From: Planctomycetota bacterium
Lineage (GTDB): Bacteria > Planctomycetota > UBA11346
Assembly: GCA_038213805.1 (NCBI GenBank)
Contig: JBBQSO010000002.1
Coordinates: 74,361-138,360, forward strand
Length of the DNA stretch: 64,000 nucleotides
Direction: 5' to 3'
The stretch's first letter is position 1. Each line of letters begins with the position of its first letter. This document shows positions 57,197 through 64,000 of the stretch, one piece after another. The notes under the pieces are model-generated. The model was not told the origin of the DNA, did no database searches, and saw only the letters and a list, made by a program, of their open reading frames with translations. Both the position numbers and the translations under genes were made by a program.

Positions 57197-57225
57197 GGCG
57201 GGGGTCCGGGTGAGATGGGCGGGAC

Positions 57226-58170
57226 TCATTCGAACCGCCGCTGCTTGATGCTGCCGTAGCGCAGCTGGGCGCACTCGTGCAGCTTGGTGCCCAGCGCTTC
57301 GTCGTCGGGGCGCTGATCGGCGAGGGCGCTATAGCCCTGCATGGCCTTGCTCAGCACCACGAAGGCCTGCTCGTACAGCTGGTCGCGCTCCGGGGTGTTG
57401 CCCTTGGCGATGGCCTGGGAGTAGATGTCCTTGCCCTGGGCGAAAATCGCGTCGAGACTTTTCTCGTCGCTGGGTGCGGCCACGGCGGCGGCGGGCGGCG
57501 CCGGCGCCTGCGGACGCGGCTTCTTGCCGGCGCGCTGGGCGGTGGCCTCGTCCGGATAGTAGATGAGGCGCTGCACGTGGACGTTGGCGACCTCTTTCGC
57601 GCCGGTCGCATAGTAGTACGGCGTGTCGAGTTCCGAACAGAACGGCCCTGACGCGCGCACCATGGTGGTGGTGGCGATGGCCGCCGGGGTGGCCGCTGCG
57701 GGCGCAGCGCTGGCGACCGGCGCGGCGGCCTTGCCCCACAGCCCGAGCTTGCCCTTCTGGGCCTTCTCCTGGGCGTTCTTCAGCGGCTCCTCAAAGGAGC
57801 TCTCGTACTTGGGGCCGGGCTGGTAGCGGGCCAGGCCCTTTGCCACCAGGTCGAGGTTGAGGTTGGTCGAACCGACCACCATCTGCACGCGCGCGGCGCC
57901 GTTCGCGTCGGCGCCGAACGAGGGCACATAGAAGATCTCCACACCCTTGCCCTTGGTCAGGGCGGCCAGGCGCTCCAGGCAGGCGCTGCGCGTCGCCTCG
58001 GGCACCTCGATGTGGGCGAGCGGCAGCGCGATCGGCAGGCCGCGGTACTGGATGACGATGCGGTCGGCAGCTGCCACCGCGATCACCGGATAGGCATCGC
58101 TGGCCGAGGCCGCGCCGGCGATCAGGCAGATCAGCGCCAGCCAGGGGGCGTGACGAAGCGGGCTCAGCAT
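57226..58170 (-). CDS. Exported thermonuclease (SNase)-like multidomain protein
   Basis: Signal peptide; LNLDLVAKGLA and AQEKAQKGKLGLW SNase C-terminal motifs. Confidence 0.75.
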   Translation of the reverse strand: MLSPLRHAPWLALICLIAGAASASDAYPVIAVAAADRIVIQYRGLPIALPLAHIEVPEATRSACLERLAALTKGKGVEIFYVPSFGADANGAARVQMVVGSTNLNLDLVAKGLARYQPGPKYESSFEEPLKNAQEKAQKGKLGLWGKAAAPVASAAPAAATPAAIATTTMVRASGPFCSELDTPYYYATGAKEVANVHVQRLIYYPDEATAQRAGKKPRPQAPAPPAAAVAAPSDEKSLDAIFAQGKDIYSQAIAKGNTPERDQLYEQAFVVLSKAMQGYSALADQRPDDEALGTKLHECAQLRYGSIKQRRFE

Positions 58171-58280
58171 GCGGGGCTCCTTGCGCCCGGAATGGCGCGG
58201 CATGAGCTTGCCAACGCCCTCGGGCATGTCGAGCGGAGGAGGGCGGCGTGCGTGGAACGGTGCGGCACCAGGCACGAGTC

Positions 58281-59249
58281 CTACGGCTTCCCCAACTCCT
58301 CCGCGATCGCCGCGAGCAGCGAATCCTGGCCCGGCGCATCGCCATCCAAGGACCAGATCATGATCCCACCCAGCCCCTGCGCCTTCACCAACGCGGTCTT
58401 GGCGGTGATGGTCGGTATGCCGTTGTACCAGATGGTCGAACCGATCTGGTCGACGACGGAGGCGCCCGGGTGGGCGGCGACGATCTCCCGGTAGGAATAG
58501 TTCTCGGTGCGGAAGGCGGCGCCGAAACCGTAGCCGTAGAAGGGCACGCCCAGGACCAGCTTGGTCTTGGACAGTCCGCGCTGCAGCCACCAGGCGACGG
58601 TGGCACGTGCGAACGCCAGCGAGGCATGCTGGCCGGGGCTGTCCGGCGCCCAGCTGCCGACCGCATCATAGGCCATCACCTGCACGGTGTCGAAGTGCTC
58701 CAGAACCGCAGGTGGCACGTGGTCGCCGCCATACCCCTGCGACAGGGCCGCGGTCAGCAGCTTGCCGCGCGCATGCAACGCAGGCGCCAGCGCGGCGATG
58801 AAGGGACCATAGTCGGGGCCGATCGACGACCCTTCGAGATCGACGTCCAGACCATCGCACCCGTGATCCACCACCCACTCCACCAGCTTGGCGACGAATG
58901 CCGCACGCTGCGCCACCGCCAGCAGGGAAGCATAGCGCGTAAGCAGTACCGGGTCGCCCGATGCGGCACCGCCGCCGATGGACAGCAGCACCTGCAGATG
59001 CTGCGCGCGCGCCATCGCGATCAGCGCGGTGTCGGTGGGTGTGCACGGCAGATTCCCCACGTCATCGCGCGGATTCTCGAAGGCGATGTTGATCCGCGTC
59101 AGCGGCCCATGCGCGACCTGGCCAGCGATCAACCCGGGCTCGACCCAGTTCGGCGCATAGCCGACGACCAGCGTCTCGGCACCCGGCAGGACTGCGACCG
59201 CGCAGCCGAACAGCGCAGGCACGGCACCACGCAGCGCACGCACGATCAT
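58281..59249 (-). CDS. Glycoside hydrolase family 18 (chitinase-like)
   Basis: LLSIGG, DGLDVDLE catalytic motif, VMAYD, LGVPFYG, GGIMIW; start uncertain. Confidence 0.9.
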   Translation of the reverse strand: MIVRALRGAVPALFGCAVAVLPGAETLVVGYAPNWVEPGLIAGQVAHGPLTRINIAFENPRDDVGNLPCTPTDTALIAMARAQHLQVLLSIGGGAASGDPVLLTRYASLLAVAQRAAFVAKLVEWVVDHGCDGLDVDLEGSSIGPDYGPFIAALAPALHARGKLLTAALSQGYGGDHVPPAVLEHFDTVQVMAYDAVGSWAPDSPGQHASLAFARATVAWWLQRGLSKTKLVLGVPFYGYGFGAAFRTENYSYREIVAAHPGASVVDQIGSTIWYNGIPTITAKTALVKAQGLGGIMIWSLDGDAPGQDSLLAAIAEELGKP

Positions 59250-59694
59250 GGCGAGCGGGCCAAGTCTCCAGGGCACCAGGCAGCAGACGCGTACGCGCAT
59301 CATCCAGCTGGGCATCGCCCCTCCACGTCGGACGGGGTCGCCGTCGCGCCGCAGCGTAGCGAATGGCCTGCGCCGGGCGACGACCGCGTCCCGCTGGTTC
59401 CTGCACTCCGTCTCACGGATGCACGGTGGTCGCCGACCGCACTCCGCATGAGTCGCACCGCCAGATGCAGACCGTGCTGCGGGCGTGCGGGATCAGATCG
59501 ACCACGGTGTGCCGGCGTGCCGGCGCCGGGCCGCCATGGGACACCGTCCGGCCGTACCCATCGGCTTCCTCCTGGACATGCGTCGCGTCGGACCATCCTG
59601 GCGACTTAAGCCTCTGCCCTGCGGGGACGCACATCCTACCGCCAGCTGCAGAATCCGTTCGTTTCCGCCGCACCCCCAGCCCGAAGGCGATCTT

Positions 59695-61356
59695 ATGCCG
59701 CTCCTCCCGCGCCTGCGCAGTGCCCTCCTCCTCAGCCTGATCGGCCTCGGCGCCCTTCCGGCCCAGGAGCCCCTGCCCAAGCCGGATGCGCAGCCCGACG
59801 CCTCCGCGCTCGCCACCATCATCATCCCCGATCTCAAGACCGCCCTGACCCACATGGAGCAGATCGCCCAGCGCTTCTCGCCCGACACGGTCAAACCGGG
59901 CATGCTCGCGGCGATGCTCGGCGGCACGCTCGGCGATCCCGGCCTCTCGACCCTCGAGAACAAGCCGGTGATCGTGGTCATCGCACCGGGCGTGCCGATG
60001 CCGACCATGGCCTTTATCGTGCCCAGCACCAAGGCGCAAGGCTACCTCGACGCCGGCGCCGCGCTCGGCATGGTCATGGGCAAGACCGTCGGCAACCTCG
60101 CCATCCTGGCGCGCGATCCCGACGGGCAGGCCCTCGGCGAGCGCGTCGCGGCCTCGTACGCCAGCCTGATCGCCACGCCGGTGAAGGGCGACCTGCGCAT
60201 CCTGACTGCGCCCGACAAGCTGTTCGCCACCTACGGCCCGTTCATGACCATGGGCCTGCAGCGTGCCGCCATGCAGATGGCCAAGCAGCCCGGCCAGGAG
60301 ATGGCCGCGAAGATCCTGCCGCTCGAAGCCGCCGCCTTCCTGGCCATCGCCAGCGAGATCACCGCCAGCCAGATGGACGTGGCGATCGATGCGCAGACCG
60401 TCTCCTTTGACACGGTCATCGCCGCCAAGGTCGGCAGTGCGCTGGCCAAGGCGCTGGTGGCGCCCCCGGCCGCGCTGACCGCCGGTGCGACGGCCGCCGC
60501 GGCCCGCCTGACGCCGCAGCCGGGCATGATCGATGCCACCATGGCCTACGACATCTCCGCCGCCGGGACCTACTTCGCCGATCTGCTCGGGCGGCTGCAG
60601 GCGCAGCCGGGCGGCAAGGAGCTGATCACGCCCGAGATGATCACGGCGTTCAGTTCCTCGCTCGGCGCCTGGAGCGGTGCCGGTGCGTTCCACTTCGGCA
60701 TGAGCGACACCGCCAAGCTGCAACTCGAGGGCGCCTACGGCACTCCCGATGCGGCCAAGGCGCGGGCGGTCATGCAGAAGCTGCTGGCCAGCATGTACGG
60801 CGAGACGGGCGCGCTGGCGGCGATGAACAAGGCGAGCGGCTTGACGCTGAAGGTGACCACGGATGTGCGCACGAGCGGCGCCACCTCCATCGACAAGGTC
60901 GAGATGATCATCGACGAGGCCAAGGTGCCGCCCGCCCAGCTCGCGCAGATCAAGGCCATGGCGATGGGTTACGAGCTTGCCTATGCGCAGCCGATGTCCT
61001 TCATGGCCAGCGATCCCAAGGTGCTCGACGCGCTCCTCGCCGGCAAGCAGGGCGGCATGACCGTGGCTGCCACGCGCACCATCGGACCCGGGCGCAACGT
61101 TTACATGGACCTCAATCTCAGCGCCTTTGCGCACCTGGTCGGCGCCATGGGCGGGCCCATGCCCCAGCCGGTCAAGGATGCGCTCGCGAAGCTCAAGCCG
61201 GGTGCGCCGATCGCGGCGGCCGCGAGCGTGGGTGATGGTCGCACGCGCCAGGAATGGCGCATCCCGGTGACGCCCATCCTCGACATCGTCACCGCTGTGA
61301 AGTCCGCCAACGGCAAGGGCCCAGCACCGGCACCGGCCAACGATCCTGGCTTCTGA
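59695..61356 (+). CDS. Hypothetical exported protein
   Basis: Signal peptide ending LPA-Q; strong GC3 codon bias; no motif recognised. Confidence 0.75.
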   Translation: MPLLPRLRSALLLSLIGLGALPAQEPLPKPDAQPDASALATIIIPDLKTALTHMEQIAQRFSPDTVKPGMLAAMLGGTLGDPGLSTLENKPVIVVIAPGVPMPTMAFIVPSTKAQGYLDAGAALGMVMGKTVGNLAILARDPDGQALGERVAASYASLIATPVKGDLRILTAPDKLFATYGPFMTMGLQRAAMQMAKQPGQEMAAKILPLEAAAFLAIASEITASQMDVAIDAQTVSFDTVIAAKVGSALAKALVAPPAALTAGATAAAARLTPQPGMIDATMAYDISAAGTYFADLLGRLQAQPGGKELITPEMITAFSSSLGAWSGAGAFHFGMSDTAKLQLEGAYGTPDAAKARAVMQKLLASMYGETGALAAMNKASGLTLKVTTDVRTSGATSIDKVEMIIDEAKVPPAQLAQIKAMAMGYELAYAQPMSFMASDPKVLDALLAGKQGGMTVAATRTIGPGRNVYMDLNLSAFAHLVGAMGGPMPQPVKDALAKLKPGAPIAAAASVGDGRTRQEWRIPVTPILDIVTAVKSANGKGPAPAPANDPGF

Positions 61357-61359
61357 GCG

Positions 61360-62835
61360 CTACTTCCCGACGCCCCACGGCCTGGAGAGCGGATCGCCTA
61401 CCACCAGATATTGGTAAGGCCCCGACATCGCGCGGTGCACCGCCTCGACCAGGCTGAGTCCCTGCGCACGGTAGACGTGCACGAAGGCGCTGGGGAACTT
61501 GAACGGGTGGTTGAGCGGTTCCGCCACCGTGCCGCCCGCACCTGCCGCGCCCGCGCGTAGGAATGCGGTGAGCGGCGTCTGCCCGGCGTCGGACTGCAGC
61601 GCGCCGCCGAATGAGGTCAGATGGTCGCACCAAGCGCCCCCCTGGATGGTCGCGCCGCTCGCTGCCCAGTCGAAATCCGCAACGCCGAGCGTGGCGCCCG
61701 TGACCTGCGCACCGGATGGCGGCAGCGCGCCGTCGAGCACCTCGGCCGCGACTCCCAACAGACGGAGCCGCGCCGCCGCCGCGGCGAAGGCCCAGCGCCG
61801 CGGACCGGTGCGCGCCTCGTCGGTCGAGGCCATGAAGTACACGCTGCCCACCGGGCGCGTGCCGTCGGCGGCGGCGCTGCGCGTGAGATTGGCGATGGCC
61901 TCGTCCACGGTCAGACCGCGGCCAGTAGTGGCGGCGAGCAGAATCGCGAGGCGCCCGGGCGGCGAGCCGGCCTGCGCCGGCGACAGCTGGAACGGCAGAG
62001 CGGGACCCGGCGCGATGCGCGCTGACTGGTCCTGCATGCGCTGCAGCAGGCCCGACCACGCCGGAGCACCCCGCAGACTGGTGAGGTCGCTGTCGCGGCG
62101 CGCGTGCTGGTCGTCGAACCAGCCGGCGTCGACCGCGCGACCCAGCGTCGCCAGCGCGTCGGGCGCACGGCCCGCGAGCGCCTGGACGCAGGCGAGGTTG
62201 TAGAGCACATCCGCCGCGGGGATGTCGCGCGCAAGCTCAGTGAGCAGCGCCTCGGCCGCGGGAAAGTCATGGTCGATCACCAGCTGATCCGCGCGCTGCG
62301 CGCGCGGATCAGCCAGGGCGCGCAGGTTCTCGCGCCGCCCCGGCATTCCCGGCTGGTCGGCATACGCATTGGCGTTTCCCGCGGTGAAGGCACGCGGGCC
62401 CGCCTCCAGCAACGGCGCGAGCAGGGTCAACCCGGTCAACGACCCCGGACTCCGCGCGCCCATGGGCAGCCCGGCGTCGTCGAAGTCGATGGCGGTCGGG
62501 AAATCCGGACCGTAGGCGACCAGCAGCGTGGTGGCGGCGTGGCCGCGGCGCACCAATTCCGCTTCCAACGGTTCCAGCACCAGACGGCGGAAATCCGCCA
62601 CCGCGATGCGCTGCGTCGTGGGCACCCCGTCAAGCTCGACCGCCTGGTCCATTGGGATGCCACGCAGCGCCATCCAGGCATGCGCCACCTGCGCGCTGGC
62701 GAGGCTGGCGTGATTGATGACGACGATGGTGGACGCGGGTGTGACGGTTGGCGGCGCGGGTTCGGCGGATCGCGCTTCAGCGACGAAGCAGAGCACCGTG
62801 AAGATGGCACAAGGCAGCAGGTGCATGGCGAACAA
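61360..62835 (-). CDS. TIGR03790-like exported protein with an inserted TPR
   Basis: IVVIN..S..VA, DHLTSFGG, GAAGAGGTVAEP, SLVEA, VVGDPL; TPR VLYNLACVQA. Confidence 0.75.
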   Translation of the reverse strand: MFAMHLLPCAIFTVLCFVAEARSAEPAPPTVTPASTIVVINHASLASAQVAHAWMALRGIPMDQAVELDGVPTTQRIAVADFRRLVLEPLEAELVRRGHAATTLLVAYGPDFPTAIDFDDAGLPMGARSPGSLTGLTLLAPLLEAGPRAFTAGNANAYADQPGMPGRRENLRALADPRAQRADQLVIDHDFPAAEALLTELARDIPAADVLYNLACVQALAGRAPDALATLGRAVDAGWFDDQHARRDSDLTSLRGAPAWSGLLQRMQDQSARIAPGPALPFQLSPAQAGSPPGRLAILLAATTGRGLTVDEAIANLTRSAAADGTRPVGSVYFMASTDEARTGPRRWAFAAAAARLRLLGVAAEVLDGALPPSGAQVTGATLGVADFDWAASGATIQGGAWCDHLTSFGGALQSDAGQTPLTAFLRAGAAGAGGTVAEPLNHPFKFPSAFVHVYRAQGLSLVEAVHRAMSGPYQYLVVGDPLSRPWGVGK

Positions 62836-63110
62836 GAATGGACGAATCTTAGCTGAGGTCCACGCCGAAAGACGGGACCGAGCCTGGCCATGCGTCGCAA
62901 CTTCATCGGCTGCAGCGCATCAGGTCATCCGCGTGCATCATCGATAACTACAGCGCGAGGGCGTCCGCGTCATGACGCCTCGCTCAGCGCGCAGATCCGG
63001 GTGTCCGGGCTTTGCGGCAGACCCGCCCATGTCATACACACCAGCACTGCCCGCCAGCCTCCGACCAACTCACAGTCAGGCGCCATGGTCGAGCCGCGAT
63101 AGTCTCTTGA

Positions 63111-63746
63111 ATGGACCCTATACTTTCCGATCACGATCTCCTCATCGCCATTGCAGCTGGCAACCGCCCCGCATTCGAAATCCTCGCCTCCCGTCACCAT
63201 GGACTGGTGCGTGTAGCCTGCCAGCGGCAGGGTGTGCACGCGGACCAGGGTGACTGCGTCCAGGCGGTGTTCCTGGAGCTGCTGCGAAAGGCCGACCAGG
63301 CACAGCGCGCCCCTGCCCTGCCGGCATGGCTGCTGACCGTCGCCCGCCATGTCTGCGCCACCGCGCGCCGCGCCCACGACACGCGCAAGCGTGCCGAGCA
63401 CGCGGCCGGCTTGACCACCCTCGCCGGTGCGTCCGCTCCCATAGCCGCAACGCATGACGCTGCCGAGCACCTCGACGACTGCCTCGCACGACTGCCCGAG
63501 CGTCAACGTACGGTCATCACCCAGCACTACCTCGCCGGTATCAGCCGCGATCAGGTCGCCGACGACCTCGGCATCGACATCGCCACCGTCCACCAGCATT
63601 GCCATCGCGGCCTTGCCCGCCTGCGCGAGTTGTTGGGCCGACGCGGCGTTGCGGTGCCAGCCACCGGTCTGATCGCCCTGCTCGCCGCGCAGGCCCAGGC
63701 GGCGACCACCCCAATGCCGTTCACTTATGAACAGTCCATAATATAA
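63111..63746 (+). CDS. ECF (sigma-70 family) RNA polymerase sigma factor, possibly truncated in its C-terminal extension
   Basis: AFEILASRH, DCVQAVFL, WLLTVAR, LARLPERQR, RGLARLRELLGRRGV. Confidence 0.85.
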   Translation: MDPILSDHDLLIAIAAGNRPAFEILASRHHGLVRVACQRQGVHADQGDCVQAVFLELLRKADQAQRAPALPAWLLTVARHVCATARRAHDTRKRAEHAAGLTTLAGASAPIAATHDAAEHLDDCLARLPERQRTVITQHYLAGISRDQVADDLGIDIATVHQHCHRGLARLRELLGRRGVAVPATGLIALLAAQAQAATTPMPFTYEQSII

Positions 63747-63766
63747 GTATTGACAGCGCTTTACAA
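63738..63766 (-). promoter_or_regulatory. Near-consensus sigma-70 promoter with an overlapping LacI-type operator-like site
   Basis: Minus strand TTGTAA-N17-TATTAT; TGTAAAGCGCTGTCA spans the -35 box and spacer. Confidence 0.5.
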
Positions 63767-64000
63767 AAATTTCTTCGGGCCTAATGAGCCCCCATACTTC
63801 TGCGCATGATCTCCTCCATCACCTCTCCGTTGCGCTGCGCGGCGTGGCGACGTCATTCTCCCGCGTGCGACGATGGTCACCGCGGTCAGTGGTGGTTGCG
63901 GTGATGCTCCTGACTCGTCCGGATCTGCGCTCAAGTTATGCGACGGTGCTGACCGATTTAGCGCAGGAGTCGTGTCGCGCGCTGGGCGTGGTGGTGGCAA

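Noticed and set aside
63761..64000. Minus-strand ORF at the window end
   Set aside because: No motif, atypical codon pattern, and truncated by the window edge

Overview
High-GC bacterial chromosome segment, probably Planctomycetota (inferred from a planctomycete-type cytochrome c domain, an ECF sigma factor with a C-terminal extension and a TIGR03790-like protein). It has about 55 supportable CDS. These include a plant-like urease operon (ureD, fused ureAB, ureC, ureF, an inserted acyltransferase, His-rich ureG; no ureE in the window), ABC transporters, a sigma-54 activator module, glycosylation genes, sugar dehydrogenase and glycoside hydrolase genes, and housekeeping genes (glyA behind a ZMP/ZTP riboswitch, gndA, mnmG, xth, hisH, moeB). 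The most striking candidate system is a tightly overlapped operon at 20946-23713. It encodes a TIGR04222-type membrane protein with a Cys/Ser/Gly tail, an MNIO (DUF692) enzyme, a partner protein and a small 4-TM transporter, which suggests oxidative modification of a membrane-anchored RiPP-like substrate. The second pervasive signal is a set of short 7-8 bp tandem-repeat arrays, often in inverted pairs, at gene junctions; they also invade coding sequences and supply stop or start codons. I saw no rRNA, tRNA, CRISPR array or transposase. All family calls come from recognising motifs by eye; no database search was run.
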